A stretch of 62,981 bases of DNA, counting the filler, from Octopus bimaculoides (taxonomy: Eukaryota), in the NCBI RefSeq assembly GCF_001194135.2. It is 7 parts of 5 records of this genome, joined end to end, with 100 filler letters (N's around TTAATTAATTAA, not from the genome) between each part and the next. Parts side by side here need not be neighbours in the genome. Positions count along the whole stretch, not along the records: positions 16,012 to 28,496 come from NC_068985.1; positions 28,597 to 39,905 come from NC_068981.1; 5 more parts are not named here. One strand, given 5' to 3'. Positions 23,788 to 35,744 of the stretch are shown one piece after another. How positions within the stretch are numbered: the first letter of the stretch is position 1; the number at the start of each line of letters is the position of its first letter. The position numbers were made by a program, and so were the translations under genes. The notes below the pieces were generated by a model. That model did not search any database. It was not told where the DNA came from and saw nothing but the letters and a program-made list of their open reading frames with translations.

Positions 23788-25480
23788 AATTTGGCATGAA
23801 TTACGTATGACGGACATTCAGTTATATCCAGTTTCACCATGGCCTATCTTATACCATCCTTGTAATCTTGTAGCCGCCCCATATGTATGGGGTTTGTCAT
23901 GACACATGCCCAAGACCGTTTTTAAACTGCAGTATTTGTAAACTGATTGGCAAAGGTTTTTAACAGTGACACCAGCAAGAGAAACAACAACAACGTCTCC
24001 GTCAATAGTAATAACAACGGCAGTAGCGACAGTGAAAACGGGAGCAGTAATCCCTACAAAGACAACAGCAGAGGCATGCTGGCAAGGTCTCCTTTGCTGG
24101 AACGTTTTCCCAAAAAGAAACTGTACAGATTCACTGAGGAGGCCCAGCAGACCTAGCTGGAGGATGTCCGATTTAGAAAAATTGTGGGATAAAGAGCTAC
24201 TCGGGCTCCTCTGTCTGGAATCCTAGCTGGAGTGACTACACCAAAAAAAAAGGTATTTAGACACGTTTCTTTAAAACGTCGTTGTCTGAAAACGGCGACG
24301 TGCATACACTGGAGAGGACTCTCCAAAATATATCGCAAACAACCATCTCGGAGCAGCTTTGTCAAAGAGACAAATCGTGGAAAGTGAGTTTGACAAGCCG
24401 TGAAAAGCGAGACAGCTACCACGCCTAGTCACTGTCAAGAAAATTCTGAAGATGTCACACCGCATACCCAGTCCATCACTCAGCGGGCATTGACAACAAA
24501 TGGTGCACCTAACCAGTTTCACAGAAAACGGAGGAGCAAAATCTCCAGCCCAGAACTTGGCCAATACAAGACGGTCAGAAGGCAATGTAGCATTTTTGAT
24601 TTGAGATGTTAATTTAATTACTTTCTCCGGTCGCATGGCGTTTGCAAAACCGGTACTTTGGATTTGTTATTCGATTTTTATTTGTGGTTCATAGCAGTGG
24701 TGGTGGAAATTTTGGGTGTGTTGAATCGACAATTTGAAATTTCGTCTTTCAATTTTCCGTGCTAGTTGTTGATATTTTGGTTGGCACTGGTGGTAGTGGA
24801 GCTTTCACGTCTTTTTATTTGCGTTTTTTTTTTGACATTTCTATTGTTGTTTATACATTTCTGTTAACATGCAGTAATAGGAAATGTTTAATGTATTGAC
24901 TGTAGGAACAACTAACTTACCCCTGGATCTTCGAAGCCATATTTTTACCCATAATTTTTAATCGTAGTACTAAAACCATCTAAAATTCGACTCGAAGGGG
25001 TTAAATTTTCCCAAAGCGGACTAGCTTTAGCGGACGCTTAACAAAATGGTAGAACAAAAACCAAAATTACTCTCTTCATAATAACAAAATTCAATAACTA
25101 TTCACAAGTTCCAAAACGACGCATTTCTCAAGCAAGCACAGGGCGCATCATAGTCATGTGTTGAGAAAGATACTTTGGGTTTGAATAATTCACCCTTGAA
25201 AACATGACTGTTTCGTTCATCACCCTTAAGCAAACTTTATTCAGGGACCTTTTGAGTGGAACGGGCTCCTCGACATGAAGAATTCTAACAGGGCCCCACC
25301 TGCAAGGTCATTCGCTGTTTATCGTGATATGAGATCACCATGTCGCGCCCATATGGTTGTGATGCATGTTCCAGGAGTACTCTTGTCAGACGGATAGTCG
25401 TGATGAGTATATTGGGCATTTTATATTTGTAGCCCAGCATCACTTTGATGGCGTGTGCTGCTCTTTCATTCAATAATAGA

Positions 25481-25545
<65 letters not shown>

Positions 25546-25553
25546 TAATAATA

Positions 25554-25900
25554 AAAAGAAATGGAAAAACTTTCAAAATACAAAGACCTGGAAATAGAGA
25601 TAACTCGAATGTGGAATCTAAAAACAGAAACAATTCCTATCATAGTAGGTGCCTTAGGTATAATAAAAAAATATTCAGACAAATACATAACAAAAACACC
25701 AGGACTTACAAATATATATAACATACAGAAAATTGCACTACTGGGTACTGCACACATTCTACGCAAAACACTTTCAATACAGTAAACATAAGAGCACCAC
25801 AGCAAACCACAGCACATACCCAAGGCGCACAGAGCTGCGCTCGGTAGTGAAGTGAAAGCACGTTATAAAAATAAAACTACTGAATAATAATAATAATAAT
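25554..25900 (+). mobile_element. R4/Dong-like family A, 5'-truncated copy
   Basis: EKLSKYKDLEIEITRMW...LLGTAHILRKTLSIQ*, same 3' UTR, (AAT)n on both sides. Confidence 0.88.
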
Positions 25901-27057
25901 ATGGCTTTTACATGGTCTTTGAAGATGGTCAGGAACTGACTTAAGTTTTGGTATTTTGGGGTTTATAGAAGAAAGCAAGTCTTGAGGCTTCGGTAATAGA
26001 TATATGTAAAATGAGAAATGTTTCAGACAAATGGACATGTTGGCAGATAGTTAAATTGATTAAATACTTAAAATGCAATTATAAAATTACTTTGAAATGA
26101 TATCTTTCATGAGAATTATCTATCTAGAAACTCATATCTACTATAGTCACAACATTGCTTTCGTCAGTAACTTTGCTATTTGCTATTCATCTGAATTACA
26201 TGTCTGTCTGTTTTATCTATCTATCTGTCTGTCTACTTAGATGTTTGCCTCCTTAAATTTCTGTTGACTTTCATGCTCGTCCTTCTGTCTGTTTACCTGT
26301 ATGTCTGTCCCACTATCTACTTATATGTCTGTCCATGTATCTCCATAAGTGTCTGCCCAGTCACATATATTAGAACAGTGTTTAACAGAATCCTTTTTAA
26401 TCCATAAACCTCTTAGTTAAAAAAAAGTGTACTTCACTATAAACGGAGAAAGTACACATATTAACAGTGATTTTAACTTTTAGCACCAGACCAGCAAATT
26501 GGTGGGAGAGGTAAGTCGATTACAGTGCTTGACTGATACTTATTTTATCCATTCCGAAAAGATAAAAGGTAAAGTCGATCTTGGCGAAATTTCAACTCAG
26601 AACGTAAAGACGAGCGAAATACCGCTAAGTAATTTTCCCGACGTGCTATCGACCTTGCCAGCTCACCACCTGGCACAGCATATTAATATTCTAAAGAAAT
26701 TTTAATTCACATTTTAATCACTTGTTACTTATTCGGTCCCCATTCTGAGGTAAAACCATATGCACTTGAGAAACACTATCTTTCGTAGAATGTCTCCATC
26801 TGCCCAAAAACCCATCATATGATCTCCCCAAGTTAAAATAATAACACTCAGTAAACAAATGCCCAAACAAACGTAGCAGGGCATCAATTAGTTGAGATTT
26901 TATGATATTTGTAATCAAAATACACAACGTTCCTCTCAGATATTTTGCGTCAGTCATATTGTTACTTACCAAATATTAATTAAATTAATTTTCCAAATGA
27001 CCCAATTGCTTTGTTCCCATATATAAAATGTACTCAGATAACATGCTTTATACTTAC

Positions 27058-27153
27058 CATATGACTTGCTTAAATAGCGGGCGATTGCTATGCTCTGAGT
27101 AAGGACCGTCTTGTCATCGATTATCAATATAGGAAGAGCTTTTCCAGGTATTT
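27058..27153 (-). CDS. Sigma-class glutathione S-transferase / S-crystallin-like, internal exon (IPGKALPILIIDDKTVLTQSIAIARYLSKSY-G)
   Basis: Minus-strand acceptor tttacag|AA and donor G|gtaagt (phase 1/1). LPxL...QSxAIARYL is the GST N-terminal-domain motif. Confidence 0.9.
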
Positions 27154-28463
27154 CTGTAAAGAAATTATGTATGAGAAATGCAAATTAAACCAAATAAGTT
27201 TCGTTGCTGTTGTTTCATCTCCAGCTCTAATCGAGCGTACTTATGATCAAAGGTTTTCTAGCTAGTGAACATTAGGACTTTTATTCAAATGCAGCGTTTT
27301 TATTCTGCATTTCTAGAACTATTTTGGGGCAGGATTCTGATTTAAGCACCCTGTATATAAGCCTTCATGACTGTTTTACTTTTTAGAATTTTCTAAAAAT
27401 TTGTCCGAATTTGTGTTCTACACATGAGAATTCACACAATTTTGAAAAAAAAAAACCCAAAAGAGGGATTGAAACAAAGAATGTTAACCCTCCAGCCTCA
27501 TAAATCTTAAAATTTCCATTCATTCTCGGATTTTTTAAAAATCAGTCTAAAATACGGAAAGTCCGAATTTTTGCTTAAATTCCAGCAATGGACCACCCTT
27601 GGGTGCATCAACATTCCATTAAATATATTAAGATTTTGAGAAACAACAATACATGTCAGAGTGGCAAAGAAACGAGGAAGGTATCAGGTGGTCGTGAGAT
27701 GTGCTAAAATTAATAATAGCTAAATTGCCCTTAAATCACACAAACAGACAAAATATTTTTTGTTTTGCATAATCGTATGAATTCCCTTGTGTAGAAACGA
27801 AGTTCACAAAATTTTTCTGGAAATTTCCAAAAATAAGGAACTTATGGGGTGCTTAGACCAGAATTCCGCTTAATTTTGTGTATCTAGAATATATCTAGAG
27901 TTATATGAATGTATTTCTGCCATCGATTTCTTGTCGGGGCAGCAGAATTTCGGATGAGGCACCTAATACTTTACGAAAAAGGAAAAAAGGTACTTTATTT
28001 GTCAACCTTGAAGAGATGAAAGACTAAGTTGAGTTCAGTGAGATGGGAACTCAGAGAATCGATTATATATTATAATTGATATAATCGATCATATTATTGA
28101 TCTCAGCCAGTACTTGACTGAAGACAGTGAATTAGCAGAGTCATTAGAGCGGCGTATTAAATGTTTTTCGGTGTTTGTTTCATCTTACTAGGTTCTCAGT
28201 TCAAATCCCACCTCGAAAACCAACTTTGCCTTTCGTCCCTTCGAATTCAATAAATTATGTATCAGTGAAGTACTAGGGTAGATTCTCTGTCTGTCTATCT
28301 CTCTGCAATCGGCTATATCAGTGTTTCTCAAGATGAACCACATTACCCACCCTACGTGACTCATTTTAGTGCGGTGTAACATATTCTGGTTGGGTGTATG
28401 CTGCTTCAGAATGGGGCGTAAGAAAGTAGAAAGTGAATAAAGCTTTCATTAAATCTTTTTTTT

Positions 28464-28496
<33 letters not shown>

Positions 28497-28596
28497 NNNN
28501 NNNNNNNNNNNNNNNNNNNNNNNNNNNNNNNNNNNNNNNNTTAATTAATTAANNNNNNNNNNNNNNNNNNNNNNNNNNNNNNNNNNNNNNNNNNNN
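28497..28596. other. Artificial assembly spacer
   Basis: Motif at 28541-28552, 44 N on each side. Confidence 0.95.
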
Positions 28597-28659
28597 TATG
28601 CATATATATATATATAATGCAATGTATATGTATATATACATATATATCTGCATACATAG

Positions 28660-28706
<47 letters not shown>

Positions 28707-29414
28707 CATGCAATTGCTCATATACACACATATGCATGCACACGTGTGTGCACGTACACACACAATTGCTCAGATACAGATATGCAAATGAATATACGTG
28801 CCTGTCTGACGTTCAGCGTATATATTATTCGTCAGTCAAAACTAATTTTGCGCGTGAATAATTCAACAGATGCATTGTCTCTGACGATTTTTAACGTATA
28901 TAAGAGAAAGTCATGTAATTCTTACTATTCTATGTAGGTGTATGTCATGTAACTTCCATTTCCATGTGTATATATACATGTGTAGCTCTGTATATGCATG
29001 TCTCTTTTCACTGGAGATGGCACCTGTAGGGCAATTTCTGTTCTTTTTGTCAGAAACATGAAATATTAGATGTAGGAGTGGCCATTCCTAGCCAATTTAG
29101 AGTACCTTTGGAAATAGATATTATTTGGATCTCAATAAAACAAGAAGCATTTATTAATATTTGACTGTTGATATTGTTGAAGTTATTATTGAACCTATTA
29201 TTCCTTAACTGCCAAGTATTTCCATACAGGCTTTCGGCTGACTAGTTCTTTACGTGTACACTTTAGTTGTCATCTACTCGTATGATCATATCCCTTCCAC
29301 TCTTTTTCTGTATGTCTGTATTATGTGTGTATGTACACACATATGTATATATTTATTATATTATGTTATTTTATAGTATATGAGCATATATATATATAAA
29401 TATATATATAATGT

Positions 29415-29457
<43 letters not shown>

Positions 29458-29467
29458 TAGCATTATG

Positions 29468-29500
29468 GTAGTCCTCCCGTGCCGTCAGAAATGACGGCAT
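29468..29500 (-). other. Helitron 3' terminal hairpin plus CTRR-like end
   Basis: Minus strand TGCCGTCA-tttc-TGACGGCA (8-bp stem), 8 nt spacer, then CTAC (canonical CTAG/CTRR), about 40 bp after the helicase stop. Confidence 0.75.
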
Positions 29501-29539
29501 GAAAATTATACTGAAAATAATATTAAATGATACCAACCT

Positions 29540-31505
29540 TTATCTTAATTCGTGTTTCAACACAACGTTTCTAGTGAAAACCCTACCACCAATGAGTTTG
29601 CCTTGATTTGAATGGTTCTTTACCAACATTTTAATATTAATCCTATATATGCTTCTACTCAATATAACATAAAGTTGTCCATGGCTGAATACTGGTGATG
29701 GTAAAATGATGCCAATATTATTGAAGCTCTGCCCTTATTTTGTTAATAGTCATTGCAAAAGCTGGGATAACAGGAAACTGTCGTCTACTCATACTAAAGG
29801 GAAGGGTTGTCTCACTGGGACGGCGCTTGATGCGCGAAATAAAGGCCACCTCTCCTTTCTTAATTCCACTAAGTATTTTTCCATGAATGAAAAATTCCAT
29901 TGAGTAAACCTCTCATTGGTTTCAGGTTCCCAGAGGGCTTCAGTGAATTTAAAAACTCCACTGGATAATGTATAACAGCTTCATTACTTTCTCCAACAAT
30001 GGTGTTAATGTTTCTGTAGATTGTTGCCTCACCAGGCAATAATGACATTATATCGGTGTTTATGTGAAGACAATCTTTGTTTTTAGGTGTCAAAATGATT
30101 GTGGATGACACTCTTTCAACTGCCTCATCATGGTCAAGTAATAATTCTCCCCACCTCCAAACTTCTCTAGCAATGTTATTTGTAGATACCATGTTTTAGG
30201 GAATTTCTATGAGGTTTTCTTCCAGCCCTTCATTGTTGCATTTCCAACCTCTAAGTGCCACCTGATGATGTCATCTTGTCCAGCCATGCGCATATTTTGT
30301 GTTAAACTGAGTTTTGTTACGAAATGCCAGAGGAGAGATTGCTTAACTAAAGACTTAATTACTGCTGCATTGGATCATCTTGGGATGATAGGTGCAGTTT
30401 GTCTGAAGTCTCAGCCAAGTAGCCGCACTTTTCCACTGAATGGTCTGGGTGGATTCATTACTTGCCTAAGTAGCAGATCAAAGGCTCTCAGAACATGGCA
30501 TGATAACATTGATGCTTTATCAATAATTAAAAGGTGAGCCTGCTTTAATTTTTCAGATGACTCTGAAGTGATTCTCATGTGAAAGGTGGAACTATCAGGC
30601 AATGGGACTAGTAGCTTGAGCCCACTGTGAACAGTCCTTCCATCAATGAGCAAATCAGCAGCCATGCCTGGAGTAGCACAGGGAAGGATACACTTGTTCT
30701 GCCTTCTGAAAGAAGCTATCAATGTATTGTACAGGTAGGTCTTTCCTGTACCTTCAGGGCCATCGAGGAAAAAGAATCTACTCAGTCTTTCATCGTTATT
30801 GATGGCTGCAGTAATATGTTCATAGACTTGACACTGAACCTCAGTGAAGGATGCAATGCGCCGCTCAATATCAACTCCTTCAACATTGTTCTTATCAGCA
30901 GTTACTTTATGAAAGGCTGCTGCAATTGGGACTGGATGCTGCGAATGTCTGCAGCATAGCCCATGTACTCGCGGTGTTAACTCAATATCATTTAATGCTC
31001 ACTGGATGGTAACGCTTCCAGTTTTAATTCTTGTGAACTCTTTCATCATCTCTTCCGCAAATTGGTGGTACAGCTGTGAAGGACTAGCTGGGCTAGCTGG
31101 GGTGTTGAAGATGCAAATGAAAGCAAACAATTGTCTTAACTGAATGGCATATTAAGAGACGCTTCTTCTATGCACCTGTGCCATTCTTCATCATTTTGAA
31201 CTAAATTTCTTAAGAGAGCAACTTCTTTAAATGAGTTGCAGACTACACCATCTGCTGTTTTCATATCCTCATAACATTGAGCTCCAGGAACGTTCAACAA
31301 CAACAATCTAAAGTAAACTCGTCCCTCATCCTTCGGGCTAACAGTGTACAGTCTGGAGATGATTTTATCGCCTCCTCTTTTCTTTGTCTATGATTCCATA
31401 TAATAGTCTGCTTATTGTAAACATAACTGTACGGCATATCCGAATAATCCAAGTTCTGGGCATTTTCATCTGTTTGATTCAAAAGATACCAAGTTGTCAG
31501 TTGTG
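29540..31505 (-). pseudogene. Helitron RepHel, 3' half with PIF1-like helicase, disrupted by stops and frameshifts
   Basis: Minus-strand peptides: LTTWYLLNQTD..YSDMP; RLYTVSPKDEGRVYFRLLLLNVPGA; FFLDGPEGTGKTYLYNTL (Walker A); GRTVHS; LLIIDKASM; DFRQTAP; YPVEFLNSL; RRQFPVIPAFAMTINK; VFSHGQLYVILSR; VFTRNVV followed by a stop at 29540. Confidence 0.93.
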
Positions 31506-31683
31506 TGTTCTTCTCTCAAGTGCCTATCACTCTTGACCCCCTTTAAAGTTCTCTAGACTTAGTCTCTTTCTCATTCTCTCTCTCTTAGACCCTCTCTCCT
31601 CTCTGCTGCTTGCTCTTCCGTTTAATCTTGCCGCCTTTGCGATGCTGTCATTCTTAGATCTCTCCTCTCTGCTGTTTACTCCT

Positions 31684-31906
31684 CTAGTGAAAACCCTACC
31701 ACCAATGAGTTTGCCTTGTTTTGAATGGTTCTTTACCAACGTTTTAATATTAATCCTATATATGCTTCTACTCAATATAACATAAAGTTGTCCATGGCTG
31801 AATACTGCTGATGGTAAAATGATGCCAATATTATTGAAGCTCTGCCCTTGTTTTGTTAATAGTCATTGAAAAAGCTGGGATAACAGGAAACTGTCGTCTA
31901 CTCATA
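31684..31906 (-). repeat. 223-bp direct duplicate of the helicase C-terminal region 29571-29793
   Basis: Aligned by eye: 5 substitutions in 223 bp. Confidence 0.95.
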
Positions 31907-31913
31907 GTCCCTG

Positions 31914-32042
31914 TCTTTGGATATCTCTCCTTTGTGCAATGAGGTTCTCCTTTTCACTTTGACGTTTTCGAGCCTCATTGCACAAAGGAGAGATATCCAA
32001 AGAGCACAAGATGCAAGATGACATGTTGCATCTTGTGCTCTT
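31914..32042. repeat. Two abutting perfect inverted repeats (31-bp arms and 17-bp arms)
   Basis: 31914-31944 is the reverse complement of 31973-32003; 32000-32016 is the reverse complement of 32026-32042. Confidence 0.95.
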
Positions 32043-32173
32043 CTATCTTGTTTCATTTCTTGTGATTGATTTAATAATATATTCTTTAATCTTCTGTTTT
32101 TTAATCTTCTTGCGTCCAGTTTGCCCTGAGTGAGGCTGGCTGTTTTTCGCCTTTCTCTCTCTCTCTCTCTCTC

Positions 32174-32221
<48 letters not shown>

Positions 32222-34065
32222 TATCTCTGGCTAACAGTTGCCTTCTGTTTGCTTCATTCTCTATAACAGAAGAAATTTCTTAATAACTCACTCATATCTT
32301 CACCTATTCTCATATACATTTAACTAAATGACACTCTGCATTTAGTGCTGAAATCTGCAATGCCTTTCGCGATTTTATAAGCCTACACTATTTCAGGAGG
32401 TCGTTATTATTGAAATAGACGATGTGTTGTAAATCTATGGACATCCCGTTATTTCATCCGGCTCACCGACTTTCTTGAATATGTGAGGTTACATACAAAA
32501 TTTATTTTTCTCAGCATTGAAAAATAGAGAAAAAGTCTCATTTCGCAGTAGCCTGAAATGAATCAATATTTCATATTAATATAAACAGCAAAAGAGATTA
32601 CTGCAGTTCATATGAAAGATTCCCCTGGTAGTATACTTTAAGCAGTAAATGTTTTCACATTCATAAGTGAATGAAGTAGTAGATACTTAAAGTGTCGCAT
32701 ACGCTATCAGATATAAGTTACACACGTAATCGATAGAGAATAAAAATGACAAAGTTTTCTTGTGTTGAGGAAATCAGGTAAACCGATTGTTTCAATAACA
32801 TTTACCCGAAACCGCGGCAGCCCAAATAATTTTAACAAAAATGTTTATTGGATCGTAAGCTTTGAAAATATTTTCCATGTGGCCTCACTCTAAAAAACTT
32901 TCATTTCTTTTCTTGAAATATACACCATATAATTACTAGAAGCAAACGTATATTCAATTCAAAATCTTAATGCAAAATGTCATTACCAAATACATCAAAG
33001 GAATGTGTACATCACTTTACTGACTCTACATTGCGATTCTTTCTTTCGGATATTACATATACAGGAAAATGTGGGTGCAATTCTTATCAGGAGTTGTCAC
33101 CCGCCGTAAAAAGGCTTCCTCATTAGATCGTGCAATATGATGTGTGAACATTCTACCAAAGTTGGTTTATGTATATAACTCTCACTTTTTCTCTATCTTT
33201 TCCCTTTCTTTCTTTATATATACATACAAACATATATATGTATATATATATATATATATATATAAGCAATGTTAATTCTCTAAATGAAGTATTAACAGTA
33301 ACTGCACGATAAAGTGTAGTATATTGCCACTTAAGTGTGGCTGACCCCTAGGGGTGGATGTTACTGTTGCTTTTAGCCCCAGGAGGACATCTCCTCCAGC
33401 TGGCTTATCGACACACGACTGTGTCCTGTTTGCCAAGGGTAGTTATCCCTCTCACCAACATCTGCAGCACGAACGGATCCGGATTTCAGGGTTATTTCCC
33501 TTCGTCGGCGTCCGATAGCCGCTGACCTTGGTGAGAGAGACAAAAACCTGGCAATCTTATATCTTCTTTTCAAGTGAAATTCTTCNNNNNNNNNNNNNNN
33601 NNNNNNNNNNNNNNNNNNNNNNNNNNNNNNNNNNNNNNNNNNNNNNNNNNNNNNNNNNNNNNNNNNNNNNNNNNNNNNNNNNNNNNNNNNNNNNNNNNNN
33701 NNNNNNNNNNNNNNNNNNNNNNNNNNNNNNNNNNNNNNNNNNNNNNNNNNNNNNNNNNNNNNNNNNNNNNNNNNNNNNNNNNNNNNNNNNNNNNNNNNNN
33801 NNNNNNNNNNNNNNNNNNNNNNNNNNNNNNNNNNNNNNNNNNNNNNNNNNNNNNNNNNNNNNNNNNNNNNNNNNNNNNNNNNNNNNNNNNNNNNNNNNNN
33901 NNNNNNNNNNNNNNNNNNNNNNNNNNNNNNNNNNNNNNNNNNNNNNNNNNNNNNNNNNNNNNNNNNNNNNNNNNNNNNNNNNNNNNNNNNNNNNNNNNNN
34001 NNNNNNNNNNNNNNNNNNNNNNNNNNNNNNNNNNNNNNNNNNNNNNNNNNNNNNNNNNNNNNNNN

Positions 34066-34095
<30 letters not shown>

Positions 34096-34096
<1 letters not shown>

Positions 34097-34225
34097 GAAG
34101 TGATTTTAAATTCTCAATCGCAGCAGCTAGCCACCTACACTTTTCTCTGCAAAATAGGGATAGTTTATCCTGTTCAGGCTATATTATTAGCGTTATTCTG
34201 CGATTTAGAATTTAAAATCACTTCT
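34096..34225. mobile_element. 130-bp MITE with perfect 19-bp TIRs and a TTAA duplication (Kolobok-like AG...CT ends)
   Basis: TTAA|AGAAGTGATTTTAAATTCT ... AGAATTTAAAATCACTTCT|TTAA. Confidence 0.65.
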
Positions 34226-35681
34226 TTAACTTTCTAAAAAGACATCTCAACGCTTCGAAAAGCAAACTTCGTTCGTTTATTTACGTTTGTAATTTCGGTC
34301 GGTTTGGATGATGTGGCTGCAAAACCTGCTCTTGTTTGGCACACAGACGATTATTATTATAAAGCCTTGACATTTTATGTATCGTACTAATAATTACTTT
34401 CCTAAAGTACGGATATTTCTACCTTTTCCTATTTTATTTTATTAGCATTATTTAAATATTATGATACGTTTTTTTTGAATTTACAAGACCTGAAGAGTGC
34501 CTGCATTCTGAGTGGAACTTATCTTGATCGATTTATTGTAAATTTCACAGATCTGTTCCACTATTATGTAGCCATGAAATGCTCGTAGTCTATTATTCAC
34601 TTTCTTTTTTATAAATTTACTAAACTGAATTAAATTTTTAATCTCATGTTTTATAGATTTTATGGATTAAAAACATTTCTTTTGGATTATATGGATTTTT
34701 AAATCAGTATTTTGAAGAGTACGTTTTTCTTGATGGTATCTGATCTCCTTTACTGTTTGGCCTGCATCTTGGTGGTTCTTCTCTAAATGATTAATATTCT
34801 TCCTTTCACCGTTCCCTCTCTCTCACTCCTCTTCCTAGACCCTCTCATCACTGACACGTGACAAAAGGGATTCCTTCTTTCTATTTCCTGCCTTCCTATA
34901 AAGAAGACGTGATTTTTTTGTCTCTCATTCACATCTAACTAGCGTTCGAAATAATAATTTTTCTATCGTCTTGACCTAAAAGCCCTTACCGTTTGTTTTC
35001 ACTGTTCTGTCTTGCTTTTACTGTCTTCTTCTCACTGTCCTATTTTGTTTACACTTTCACNNNNNNNNNNNNNNNNNNNNNNNNNNNNNNNNNNNNNNNN
35101 NNNNNNNNNNNNNNNNNNNNNNNNNNNNNNNNNNNNNNNNNNNNNNNNNNNNNNNNNNNNNNNNNNNNNNNNNNNNNNNNNNNNNNNNNNNNNNNNNNNN
35201 NNNNNNNNNNNNNNNNNNNNNNNNNNNNNNNNNNNNNNNNNNNNNNNNNNNNNNNNNNNNNNNNNNNNNNNNNNNNNNNNNNNNNNNNNNNNNNNNNNNN
35301 NNNNNNNNNNNNNNNNNNNNNNNNNNNNNNNNNNNNNNNNNNNNNNNNNNNNNNNNNNNNNNNNNNNNNNNNNNNNNNNNNNNNNNNNNNNNNNNNNNNN
35401 NNNNNNNNNNNNNNNCCTTGCCTTCGAAACGCGGAGCAGATGGAACAGGGACAACTGAAGAAGGGAAATATTCTTTATATTGCATGTCTCGTTTCTCTGT
35501 TTGTTTTATTCGTTGTCCGAAAAAAGTTCGTTTTCTGCCTACGTCTTTATGTTTTCGTTTCTCATTGTGTTTAATGTTTTTTTTATATCCTTTACCCATA
35601 TATGCATGTATGCATACATATATATGTAAGTATGTACATATATGTATGGATATATGCATATATGTATATATTATTTATGTC

Positions 35682-35744
<63 letters not shown>

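Larger units (their letters stand above)
29468..32420 (-). mobile_element. Rearranged, internally deleted Helitron (5' end approximate)
   Basis: RepHel remnant, 3' hairpin at 29480-29499, and upstream basic low-complexity N-terminal-like coding remnants (31510-31683, 31907-32150). The 5' TC terminus was not confidently located. Confidence 0.75.

Noticed and set aside
26718-26972. ORF containing CYYFNLGRS, resembling a GST N-terminus
   Set aside because: It lies downstream of the 27058-27153 exon on the same strand, lacks RGRAE and has no fitting splice sites; coincidence.
35417-35480. Second hammerhead-like fragment (ccttgccttc-GAAA-CGCG) at a gap edge
   Set aside because: The CUGANGA half would lie in the N gap, so it cannot be verified.
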